32,000 nt of DNA from Edaphobacter aggregans (lineage in GTDB: Bacteria > Acidobacteriota > Terriglobia > Terriglobales > Acidobacteriaceae), in the NCBI RefSeq assembly GCF_003945235.1, contig NZ_RSDW01000001.1, positions 870,001-902,000 on the forward strand, in the 5' to 3' direction. A program made the translations under genes and the position numbers. The number at the start of each line of letters is the position of its first letter. Within the stretch, counting starts at the first letter, position 1. Below the pieces are notes generated by a model that made no database searches, had not been told where the DNA came from, and saw only the letters and a program-made list of their open reading frames with translations. Shown here piece after piece: positions 17,834-26,436 of the stretch.

Positions 17834-18679
17834 CTACCTCATAGGCTGGCACTCCGGACACCAGTAAGTAGACCGCACCTGCACTCCCTGCTTCCTCATC
17901 ATCACCGCTACCCCACACCGCCGACACTCCTGCCCCTGCCGCCGATACACCCAAAGCCGTTCCTCCCGATTCATCGCATGTGTCGTCTGCCTGTTCCCCG
18001 ATGTCGTCACAATTCCCGCACCAGTTCCCTCCGCAACATTCGCCTTCATATACCGCTGCGCAAAATCCACCATCCTCTCCATCTCCCGCTCCGTAATCGT
18101 CCGCATCGCCCGAAACGGATTCACCCCTGCCGCAAACGCCACCTCGCTCTTATAGACATTCCCCAACCCAGCCATCACCCGTTGATTCAGCAGCACCACC
18201 CCAATCTCTGCATTAGGATTCTCCCGCCCATAAGCCGTCAGCCGAGCAACTCCACCCTCAACCGTAAACTCATCCGACAAAATATCCGGCCCCAGCTTAG
18301 GAACCTGCGAACTCCTCTCCAGCGACCGAGCCGTATAGAACTCCGCAATCGGCACATTGAAAGCCACCGCCTCCCAGTCTTCCGTCCGAATCACCACCCG
18401 CATCCGCGAACGCCCCATCTTCCACTTCTCACCCACGCGATACAGATGCCAGCTCCCACTCATCAACATATGCGTAACCAGAATCAAATCGCCGCTGAAA
18501 TAAATCAGCAACCACTTCCCTCTTGACTCCACCTTCTCCACCACCCGCCCCACCAGTGGCGAATCATCATCCACCCGAGCCAGCTTTGCCAGCCCCGTTT
18601 CAAACCCCGTCACCACCTTCCCACCAATCGTCCGCTGCAAAGCCCGCGCCGCCCAATAAATCGTATCTCCCTCAGGCAT
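17834..18679 (-). CDS. nei: Fpg/Nei-family DNA glycosylase/AP lyase (endonuclease VIII, Nei2-like)
   Basis: The N-terminus MPEGDTI places the catalytic Pro at position 2. H2TH-like GLGNVYKSEVAFAAGVNP. C-terminal zinc finger CRRCG...WCPECQ. The ORF-track start 18688 is GTG; the ATG at 18679 gives the required Met-Pro and overlaps the lhr stop (ATGCCTGA). Confidence 0.85.
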   Translation of the reverse strand: MPEGDTIYWAARALQRTIGGKVVTGFETGLAKLARVDDDSPLVGRVVEKVESRGKWLLIYFSGDLILVTHMLMSGSWHLYRVGEKWKMGRSRMRVVIRTEDWEAVAFNVPIAEFYTARSLERSSQVPKLGPDILSDEFTVEGGVARLTAYGRENPNAEIGVVLLNQRVMAGLGNVYKSEVAFAAGVNPFRAMRTITEREMERMVDFAQRYMKANVAEGTGAGIVTTSGNRQTTHAMNREERLWVYRRQGQECRRCGVAVMMRKQGVQVRSTYWCPECQPMR

Positions 18680-21600
18680 GCCCACCACTCCCCACTACCT
18701 GCCGCTTCCGCACATTGAACCCCATAGGCGCAGCCGCAAACCCAGCGTCCAACAAAAACTTGCCCATCGGATGCTCCGCAACCGGCACTCCATTCACAGT
18801 CGTAATCAACATCCCCGCCCGCACGTCCCCCTCATCGTTCCTATCCTGCACCCGCTCCACCAAGAACTCAGCAAGCGATCTCCCCACCTGCGACCGCTGC
18901 GGCTCTTCCTCTGGCAAAAACACCTGCATATTCGGATTCCCTCGCCGCAGATAAGCCACCAGCGCACCATCACACAAAATCACCCGTGCCCCCACACTCC
19001 GCGTCATCGACGACCCCGCATCCGCCGCAGGCCACCGCAACAACGCTCCATAGGGATTAGCCGGATCGGTAGCCGCCAACTGCAGCATCTCCGGCTTCTT
19101 CTCCTCTGACAAAACTCTCAGCGACCGCAGCAGATCCACCGCCGCAGGCATAGCAAACTGCGTAGCCCCCAACTCCGCGGCAAAATATCCTCGCCGAATC
19201 CTCCCACTCTCCTCCATCGCCTTCAGCACATCGTAGACAGCCGAAAACCCACCTGGCAGATTCTCCGCATGCGCCGTCTCGCGAAACACCACACCATATC
19301 GAGTCAACAACTGCTGAGCCATCGCATGACTCCACTCAGTCCCCGACCTCCCAACATCAAACGCCGCAGCCTGCAAAGCCCACCGCCCCTGCCCCGTAGG
19401 CGGAGTCGTCCTGCGCGACCGAAACGCCACCGCGCCCTGCTTATGCACCCTTCGCGCAGGCTTGCTCGCCCCCGAGGATCGTTCGCAATAAGCCCGCAAC
19501 GCCGCCACGCCATCGTTTGTTACCATGCCCTTCCAAACCAATCCCCACAAAGCATCCAGCGTCTCCCCCGGATATCCACCGCCAACCCCCTCATGCAAAT
19601 CCTGAAAGAAAGATGCCCCACGCACCTGCAGATAAGCCACAATTGCCGCCTCTTTCTCAGAAAGCTCGGGCACAACCCGCGGCGGCCAGAGCATCGAAAG
19701 CTTCTCCGCCAAATAAAGCCCCATCCGCCCATCCCGCTCCCCCAGCGGCTCAAACCCTACCCACACCACCTCACCCGCTGCAATCAACAAATCCAGATCG
19801 CTCGCCTTATACCCCACCAACCTCGCCGGCAAAATCTCCGTCTCCAGAATCGAAGCCGGTATCGGAGCGCCCTGCAAATTCTCAATCACATCCAGCAGCG
19901 CATCCAACCCGCGTCTAGGCTGCACCACACCCTGCCACCGCGTAAACAACCGAGCCAGCGTCCGCTGTTCAACCGGCTCAACCTCCTTCCGCAACCGCGC
20001 CAGCGACTTCCGCCGAATCGTCCGCAACACCTCTTCATCGCACCACTCGCGATGAATCCCCCCCGGCCGAAACCCACCCTCCACCACACGCCCAATCTGT
20101 ACCAACCGCTGCAGCACCGCTTCCACACTCTCAGCCGAAAGACCAAACCGCCCAGCCGCCTCCTGCGTCGTAAACGGCCCATGCGTCCGCGCAAACCGCC
20201 GCAACAAATCCACCATCGCATCCGGAGCCGCAGTCAAAAAAGCAGTCGGCAATCCCGGAGGCAGCGGAACCCCCAGCGCATCCCGATATCGCGCCGCATC
20301 CTCCACCGCAATCAACCTCTTCTCCCCCGCAATCCCAACCTCAAGCACGCGCCGTGCCTTCATCAGCCGAGCCACACTCTCTACCACCTCATCCGACACG
20401 CACCGCACCCGCAACTCACCCCGCGTCAGATCCCCAATCCGCAGCAACAGATCATGGACCCCATCCATCGTCCTGACCTTGTAGTCAGAAACTGTCCCCT
20501 GCAACTGCTCCTCAGTCTCCTCAATCGCCCCGGCGTCCAGCAACTCCCGCAGATCGGCATCACCCATCAGCTCGCGTAACTGATCCTGATCGATCGAAAG
20601 CGCCTGAGCCCGCCTCTCCGCCAGCGGAGCATCTCCGTCATAGATATAGTTCGCCACATAACTAAACAGCAGCGCCGAAGCAAAGGGGCTAGGAGTCCGC
20701 GAATCGACCGTATGCACCCGCAGCGAACGATTCTCAACGCTTCTCAGAATCTCCATCAAAGCAGGCATATCAAACACGTCCCGCAGACACTCCCTGTAAG
20801 CCTCCAGCAGAATCGGAAACGAAGCATACTGACTCGCCACACTCAACAAGTCATAAGCCCGCTTCCTCTGCTGCCAAAGCGGACTCCTCCCATCCGCCCG
20901 CCGCCGCGGCAACAACAACGCCCGAGCCGCACTCTCCCTGAACTTTGCCGCAAACAAAGCTGTCGATCCAAGTTGCCGCAAGACCAGATCCGCAGCCTCC
21001 ACCGGCTCCAACAGAATCGGCTCTATCGAAGGAGCCTCATCCGTCTCCGGAAATCGCAGCACAAAACCATCTTCACTCCACATCGTCTCCACATCTTGTC
21101 CACCATTTGCACGCACTTTCGCCACCACAGCCATCGCCCAGGGCGCATGAATCCTGCTTCCAAACGGAGTCAGCACGCACACCCGCCAATCCCCCAACTC
21201 ATCCCTAACTCGTTCAATAACAATACTTTGATCATCCGGAACCACCACAGTAGCCAGCTCCTGATCCGCCAAATACCGCAGAACATTCTCCGCCGCCAAA
21301 GGATCCAAATCATGCTCCCGCGTCAGCCGCGCAATCGCCACACTACGCGGCACATCGCGCAACTCCCGCACCAGCGCACCAATCCGCCGCCCAAACTCCA
21401 AAGGCCGTCCCGCCTGATCCCCATGCCAGAACGGCATTTTCCCCGCCTCACCCGGAGCAGGCGAAACCAACACCCGATCATGCGTAATCTCTTCAATCCG
21501 CCACGCCGAAGCCCCCAGCAAAAACGTCTCTCCCTGCCTGCTCTCAAACACCATCTCTTCGTCCAGCTCACCCACCCGCACTGGCTTCGACCGCTCCCCA

Positions 21601-23429
21601 GCCAGAAAAACGCCATACGTTCCGCGATCCGGAATCGTCCCTCCATTCAAAATCGCAATCCGTTTCACCCCTGCTCGCGGAGTAATCCAGTTCTTCGCCC
21701 TATCCCACGTAATCCGAGGCCGCAGATCGGCAAACTCATCCGACGGATACCGCCCAGCCAACATATCCAGCACCCCATCGAACACTCCCCTGTTCAATCC
21801 CGCAAATGGAGCCGAACTCCGCACCAGTGCAAACAAAGCCGCGTAGCTGATCCCCGGACTCTCCTCCTCATCACTCCCACGCTTACTTCGCCTCTCCGCG
21901 TCCTGCACACCCAATGGCGGATGCGCCACCACCGCAACCATCTGCTGCGCCAGCACATCCAGCGGATTCCGCAGAAATCGCGTCGGCTCCACATGGCCCT
22001 CATGCATCGCCCGCGTCACCGCCGCGCAAGCAACCAGATCCGACCTGTACTTCGGAAAAATAATCCCATTCGAAGGCGCACCCACCTGATGGCCCGCCCG
22101 TCCAATCCGCTGCATCCCACTAGCCACGCTAGGCGGAGCCTCAATCTGAATCACCAGATCAATCGCCCCCATATCAATCCCCAGCTCCAGCGAAGAAGTA
22201 GCCACCAGAGCCTTAATCTCCCCAGCCTTCAGCAGCTCTTCAATCTCCGTCCGCTGCGTAGCCGCCAACGACCCATGATGCGCCCGCGCCAACGGCTCAC
22301 CCGCCAACTCATTCAGCGCACCAGCCAACCTCTCAGCCACTCGCCGGGCATTCACAAAGATCAAAGTAGAAGTCCGCTCCTGAATAATCTCAAGCAACCG
22401 CGGATAGATCGACTGCCAAATCGAAGTCCGCTTCGGCCCCTGCGAAGCAGGCCCACTTGGCTGTTCCTCAATTTGGCCCAACCTTGCCATATCCTCGACG
22501 GGAACCTCGACCCTCAACTCCAAAGTCTTCCGCGCCCCCGCGTTCACCACCGTCACCGGGCGAAACCGCACAGCCACCTCAGCCGCATCATCATCGCCGG
22601 AGACATCCGTCAACAACGCAGCATCACTCTCCGCCTTCCGCTGACTAGCTGACTCGCCACCTTGCCGACCCGCTGACTTCCCGACTCGCTGACCAACCCC
22701 TTCCGCTCCTCCCAAAAACCTCGCCACCTCTTCCAGCGGCCGCTGCGTAGCCGACAACCCAATCCGCTGCAACCGCCTTCCCGTAAGAGCCTCCAGCCGC
22801 TCCAGCGACAGCGCCATATGCGCCCCGCGCTTCGTCGGCACCAATGCATGAATCTCGTCGATGATCACCGTCTCAACGCTCCGCAGCCCCTCCCCCGCCT
22901 CCGAAGTCAGCAGCAGATACAAACTCTCAGGAGTGGTAATCAAAATATCCGCAGGATGCTTCCGAAATCGAGCCCGCTCCTTCTGCGACGTATCCCCCGT
23001 CCGCACGCTGATCTCAGGCATCCGCACCGCAAGCCCCTCGCGCTGCGCCATATTTGCAATCCCCACCAGTGGAGACCGCAAATTCCTCTCCACATCCACA
23101 GCCAGCGCCTTCAGCGGAGATACATACACCACCCTGCACCCACGCTCCGCCTCAGGCGCCGTCCGCATCATCAGCTTGTCGATGCACCAAAGAAACGCGG
23201 TCAGCGTCTTACCCGTGCCCGTCGGCGCCAGAATCAGAGTCGACTCCCCACGAGCAATCGCCGGCCATCCCTCCACCTGCGGAGCCGTCGGCCCATCAAA
23301 CACCGCACGAAACCACTGCGCCGTTATCGGATGAAACAGCGAAAGCGCATCCTCCGCCGCAGTGGCAGCCGAGTCATGCGCCTTCGTCTTCGCTCGAACC
23401 TTCTTCGGACTGGATAGTGTACGCGGCAT
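18672..23429 (-). CDS. lhr: Lhr-family ATP-dependent SF2 helicase (large helicase-related protein)
   Basis: 1585 aa. Helicase motifs APTGTGKT (I), DEIH (II), SAT (III) and QRIGRAGH (VI). The roughly 700-aa C-terminal extension is characteristic of full-length Lhr. Confidence 0.92.
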   Translation of the reverse strand: MPRTLSSPKKVRAKTKAHDSAATAAEDALSLFHPITAQWFRAVFDGPTAPQVEGWPAIARGESTLILAPTGTGKTLTAFLWCIDKLMMRTAPEAERGCRVVYVSPLKALAVDVERNLRSPLVGIANMAQREGLAVRMPEISVRTGDTSQKERARFRKHPADILITTPESLYLLLTSEAGEGLRSVETVIIDEIHALVPTKRGAHMALSLERLEALTGRRLQRIGLSATQRPLEEVARFLGGAEGVGQRVGKSAGRQGGESASQRKAESDAALLTDVSGDDDAAEVAVRFRPVTVVNAGARKTLELRVEVPVEDMARLGQIEEQPSGPASQGPKRTSIWQSIYPRLLEIIQERTSTLIFVNARRVAERLAGALNELAGEPLARAHHGSLAATQRTEIEELLKAGEIKALVATSSLELGIDMGAIDLVIQIEAPPSVASGMQRIGRAGHQVGAPSNGIIFPKYRSDLVACAAVTRAMHEGHVEPTRFLRNPLDVLAQQMVAVVAHPPLGVQDAERRSKRGSDEEESPGISYAALFALVRSSAPFAGLNRGVFDGVLDMLAGRYPSDEFADLRPRITWDRAKNWITPRAGVKRIAILNGGTIPDRGTYGVFLAGERSKPVRVGELDEEMVFESRQGETFLLGASAWRIEEITHDRVLVSPAPGEAGKMPFWHGDQAGRPLEFGRRIGALVRELRDVPRSVAIARLTREHDLDPLAAENVLRYLADQELATVVVPDDQSIVIERVRDELGDWRVCVLTPFGSRIHAPWAMAVVAKVRANGGQDVETMWSEDGFVLRFPETDEAPSIEPILLEPVEAADLVLRQLGSTALFAAKFRESAARALLLPRRRADGRSPLWQQRKRAYDLLSVASQYASFPILLEAYRECLRDVFDMPALMEILRSVENRSLRVHTVDSRTPSPFASALLFSYVANYIYDGDAPLAERRAQALSIDQDQLRELMGDADLRELLDAGAIEETEEQLQGTVSDYKVRTMDGVHDLLLRIGDLTRGELRVRCVSDEVVESVARLMKARRVLEVGIAGEKRLIAVEDAARYRDALGVPLPPGLPTAFLTAAPDAMVDLLRRFARTHGPFTTQEAAGRFGLSAESVEAVLQRLVQIGRVVEGGFRPGGIHREWCDEEVLRTIRRKSLARLRKEVEPVEQRTLARLFTRWQGVVQPRRGLDALLDVIENLQGAPIPASILETEILPARLVGYKASDLDLLIAAGEVVWVGFEPLGERDGRMGLYLAEKLSMLWPPRVVPELSEKEAAIVAYLQVRGASFFQDLHEGVGGGYPGETLDALWGLVWKGMVTNDGVAALRAYCERSSGASKPARRVHKQGAVAFRSRRTTPPTGQGRWALQAAAFDVGRSGTEWSHAMAQQLLTRYGVVFRETAHAENLPGGFSAVYDVLKAMEESGRIRRGYFAAELGATQFAMPAAVDLLRSLRVLSEEKKPEMLQLAATDPANPYGALLRWPAADAGSSMTRSVGARVILCDGALVAYLRRGNPNMQVFLPEEEPQRSQVGRSLAEFLVERVQDRNDEGDVRAGMLITTVNGVPVAEHPMGKFLLDAGFAAAPMGFNVRKRQVVGSGGHA

Positions 23430-23511
23430 CGCCTCTATGTATTCTCAGCAGCATACCTGCCGCACACATAGGATGCGCCACGCCTCACTCACGTCACGAC
23501 ATCTACTGCCA

Positions 23512-24339
23512 TCAATAGCCAGGCACAGGTCGATAAAAATAACTCCCCTCAGCAAACTCCACCGCAAACCTGCTCGTCGAATCCTCTGCCTGCTCCACAT
23601 TCCCCAATACCAGATATCCATCCTGCGCCATCTGCCGATATACATTGCTGAACAGATACCGCCGCCCCTGCTCCGGAAAATACAGCAACACATTCCGCAG
23701 CAACACGAGGTCAAACACCGGCATCTTCGGAAACGGCGAGCTCAAATTCGCATATAGAAACTCGCACATCGACCGAATCCGCGGAGAGATCTCCCACTCC
23801 TCTCCATCGCGCACCATATATTTCACCAGCATCCGCGCCGGCAATCCGCGATTCACCTCCAGCCTCCGATACCGCCCCTTCCGCGCATACTCAACCACCC
23901 GCCGCGAGATGTCCGTCCCAACAATCTTCACGTCCCATCCCGACAGCGACGGAAAATACTCCGCAATCAACATCGCCAGGCTATACGCCTCCTGCCCCGT
24001 CGAGCTCGCCGCACTCCAAATCCGAAGCGTCCGCTCTTCCGTCCGCTGTTCAATCAATCGAGGAAGAATTGTCTCTCGCAGCATCTCAAACGGCTTCAAA
24101 TCACGGAAGAAGCTAGTCTCATTGATCGTCATCGCCTCGGCCACCGCACGATGAAGATGCGCCGGCCGATCCGCCTTCAACATCCCAACTAGATCCTCCA
24201 GGTTCGCCGCACCCGCCATCCGCGCAATCGGCGTCAGCCGCGTATCGAACAACGCATTCCGCGATGGGTCGATCATGTTAGCCGACTGCGCCAACACCAG
24301 CTCCCGAAGATACGTGTAATCCGAATCAGAGCAAGCCAT
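23512..24339 (-). CDS. cheR: Chemotaxis protein methyltransferase CheR
   Basis: 275 aa. CheR N-terminal helical domain followed by a SAM-MTase core (RIWSAASSTGQEAYSLAM, VLLRNVLLYF). Overlaps the cheB stop by 14 nt. Confidence 0.92.
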   Translation of the reverse strand: MACSDSDYTYLRELVLAQSANMIDPSRNALFDTRLTPIARMAGAANLEDLVGMLKADRPAHLHRAVAEAMTINETSFFRDLKPFEMLRETILPRLIEQRTEERTLRIWSAASSTGQEAYSLAMLIAEYFPSLSGWDVKIVGTDISRRVVEYARKGRYRRLEVNRGLPARMLVKYMVRDGEEWEISPRIRSMCEFLYANLSSPFPKMPVFDLVLLRNVLLYFPEQGRRYLFSNVYRQMAQDGYLVLGNVEQAEDSTSRFAVEFAEGSYFYRPVPGY

Positions 24340-25513
24340 GAATCACCTCTCTCCGCGCAATGGAGATCGCCGCATGATGTTGCACAGGCATCCTTCTCAC
24401 TCTGCCTGCATAAGTCCTTTGCATCAACTCATCCGCCAGCGCATCCAGCGGCAGCGTCGCACTCGCAATCCCCGCCTCCGATACGCGCCCCGGCATTCCC
24501 CACACTGCCGATGTCGCCTCATCCTGCGCCAGCACTACGCCTCCTCTCTCATGCACCGCCTTCGCGCCATCCAACCCATCCGATCCCATTCCCGTCATCA
24601 TCAACGCCAGGGTGCCCGCGCCATACATCCGCGCAGCCGAGAAGAACAGATAATCCACCGACGGCCTGCAATGATTCAGCAACTCTCGCTGATGCAGCTT
24701 CACCCTTCCCCTGCGCTGCGCTTCTTCGCCTAACACTCCATCGGCCACTTCCATATGCGAGTCCCCCGGAGCCATCCACACCGTTCCCGGACGAAGCACC
24801 GCACCGTCATACGCCTGTTCCACTCGCAACGAGCAGCATTTATTCAACCGCTCCGCCAGCGGCCCAGTAAACAACTTCGGCATATGTTGCACGATCATCA
24901 CCGGCACCGGAAAATCCGCCGACAGCTTAGGCAACATCTGTTCCAGCGCAGACGGCCCTCCCGTCGACAACCCAATCACCACCAGCTCAATCGTCGCGCC
25001 GGCACTCATCCGCACAACACCAGCCTTCACGTGGCCACTCTTGCTCGTCCCCCGCGTCTTCCTCGTTCCCTTCGCCAATGCCGCCACGCTAGGCAACAAC
25101 TGCTGAGCAAGCGACAGCAACGCCGAAGCAAAATCCTTCTGCCCGACTGGCTTCATCACATAGTCCGAAGCCCCTCTCGCAAGCCCCTCCAGCGTCGATC
25201 GCGCCCCATGCTCCGTATGCGAACTGCACATGATCACCGGCAACCCCGGGCTCTCCCGTCGCAACCGTTCCAAAACCTCAAGCCCATTCAGCCGAGGCAT
25301 CTCGAGATCCAGCACCAGCACATCCGGCTTAAGTTGCTGCACAGCCTCCAGGCACTCTACTCCATCCCGCGCCACACCGCAAAGCTCCATCCGCGGCTGC
25401 TCGCCCTTCGGATTGCCCCCATGCGTCAAAAACAAATGCCGCATGATCCCGCGCATCACCGCCGAATCGTCTGCCGCAAGAATACGGAGCGGACGTTCAC
25501 CAAAATCTCTCAT
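24326..25513 (-). CDS. cheB: Protein-glutamate methylesterase/glutaminase CheB (receiver + methylesterase)
   Basis: 395 aa. Receiver domain (ILAADDSAVMR, VLVLDLEMPRLNG). C-terminal esterase blocks GLSTGGPSAL, VQHMP and GMGSDG. Confidence 0.92.
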   Translation of the reverse strand: MRDFGERPLRILAADDSAVMRGIMRHLFLTHGGNPKGEQPRMELCGVARDGVECLEAVQQLKPDVLVLDLEMPRLNGLEVLERLRRESPGLPVIMCSSHTEHGARSTLEGLARGASDYVMKPVGQKDFASALLSLAQQLLPSVAALAKGTRKTRGTSKSGHVKAGVVRMSAGATIELVVIGLSTGGPSALEQMLPKLSADFPVPVMIVQHMPKLFTGPLAERLNKCCSLRVEQAYDGAVLRPGTVWMAPGDSHMEVADGVLGEEAQRRGRVKLHQRELLNHCRPSVDYLFFSAARMYGAGTLALMMTGMGSDGLDGAKAVHERGGVVLAQDEATSAVWGMPGRVSEAGIASATLPLDALADELMQRTYAGRVRRMPVQHHAAISIARREVIHGLL

Positions 25514-25534
25514 GACAAGTCTTCCCTCTCGCTC

Positions 25535-25909
25535 TCAAGCAACCGATGCAAATCCCAGAAGTGCCATCTTTTCCTTCAGGCTCTCCGGCGTAAAGGGCTT
25601 CATCAAAAACTCATCTGCGCCATTGTCCAGCGCCTTCAGAATGAACGAGTGATCGGCCTCGGTTGTCACCATCATCACCTTCATCTCCGGACTCAACTGA
25701 GCCTCGCGCAGAGCCTTCACACACTCCAGCCCATTCATCACCGGCATATTCACATCCAGCAGCATCAGGTCGAACGTCTTCTCAGCCGCCAACACTGTCA
25801 ACGCATCGCTGCCATCCACTGCCTCTTCACACGCAATGCCCATCCGGTCCAGCAGGTGCCGCAGATACTCCCGGATAAAGCTCGAATCATCGACGATCAG
25901 CGCTCTCAT
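25535..25909 (-). CDS. cheY: Single-domain response regulator, CheY-like
   Basis: 124 aa. VDDS acidic pocket, phospho-acceptor context LLDVNMP, VTTE and LMKPF. Its ATG overlaps the cheW stop (ATGA). Confidence 0.85.
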   Translation of the reverse strand: MRALIVDDSSFIREYLRHLLDRMGIACEEAVDGSDALTVLAAEKTFDLMLLDVNMPVMNGLECVKALREAQLSPEMKVMMVTTEADHSFILKALDNGADEFLMKPFTPESLKEKMALLGFASVA

Positions 25910-26436
25910 AGTGGCTCTCCGTTTCCTCTCTGCACGTTCTCCCGCTGTTTGAATAACCCCGTCTCAGCCAGCCGCGAAGGCCTCAGCTTCTGAGGATCCA
26001 GTTGCACAAGCAACCCGGTCTGCGTCTTATAAGCTCCATCGAACAGCCACTTCCCCTGGACCTCCAGCGTGCAAGGATTCGCCTCGAGCATCTTCCGGCT
26101 CACCGTCACCACACCGCCAACCGCATCAACGACCAAGCCAAATCGTTCCCCACCAGCTTCGTCTTCGAGCACCAGCACACAGCTCGATTCCGCATATTCG
26201 CTCATCCCTAGAAGCGCTCGAAAGTTCACCGTCGTCAGCACCTCACCGCGATACGGCACCACACCACCGATATACGTCGGAGCCATCGGCACTCGCTGCA
26301 ACTCTCGCTTCCCCAGCACCTCACGAATCTTGCCAGTATCGATCCCGAAGCTATCGCTCCCCGCAAACATCGAGCACAGCGAAACCGCATCATCCTCATC
26401 CTGCAACTCAACCTCTTCCCGCCCCAGTATCTTCAC
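25906..26436 (-). CDS. cheW: Chemotaxis coupling protein CheW
   Basis: CheW-like domain (FGIDTGKIREV...VPYRGEVLTTVNFRALLG...FGLVVDAVGGVV). The ORF-track start 26451 is GTG. I prefer the in-frame GTG at 26436, which forms a GTGA overlap with the cheA stop and lies 4 nt after AAGGAGG. Confidence 0.85.
   Translation of the reverse strand: MKILGREEVELQDEDDAVSLCSMFAGSDSFGIDTGKIREVLGKRELQRVPMAPTYIGGVVPYRGEVLTTVNFRALLGMSEYAESSCVLVLEDEAGGERFGLVVDAVGGVVTVSRKMLEANPCTLEVQGKWLFDGAYKTQTGLLVQLDPQKLRPSRLAETGLFKQRENVQRGNGEPL

Noticed and set aside
19269-22652. Very long + strand ORFs (436 aa at 19269..20579 and 646 aa at 20712..22652, plus 199 aa at 22818..23417) that could be mistaken for novel genes.
   Set aside because: They lie exactly antisense to lhr, whose helicase motifs are unambiguous. 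Their translations are low-complexity P/R/H/Q/L/S/I/N strings. That is the expected shadow of a sense gene using G/T-ending codons and avoiding TTA/CTA/TCA, the only codons that create stops in the codon-aligned antisense frame.
24755-25993. 412-aa + strand ORF, with similar ones at 17804..18526, 24338..24733, 26069..26635 and 27888..28601.
   Set aside because: They are antisense to cheB/cheY/cheW, nei and cheA. They show the same CNN/ANN-codon shadow composition, with no motifs and no RBS context.
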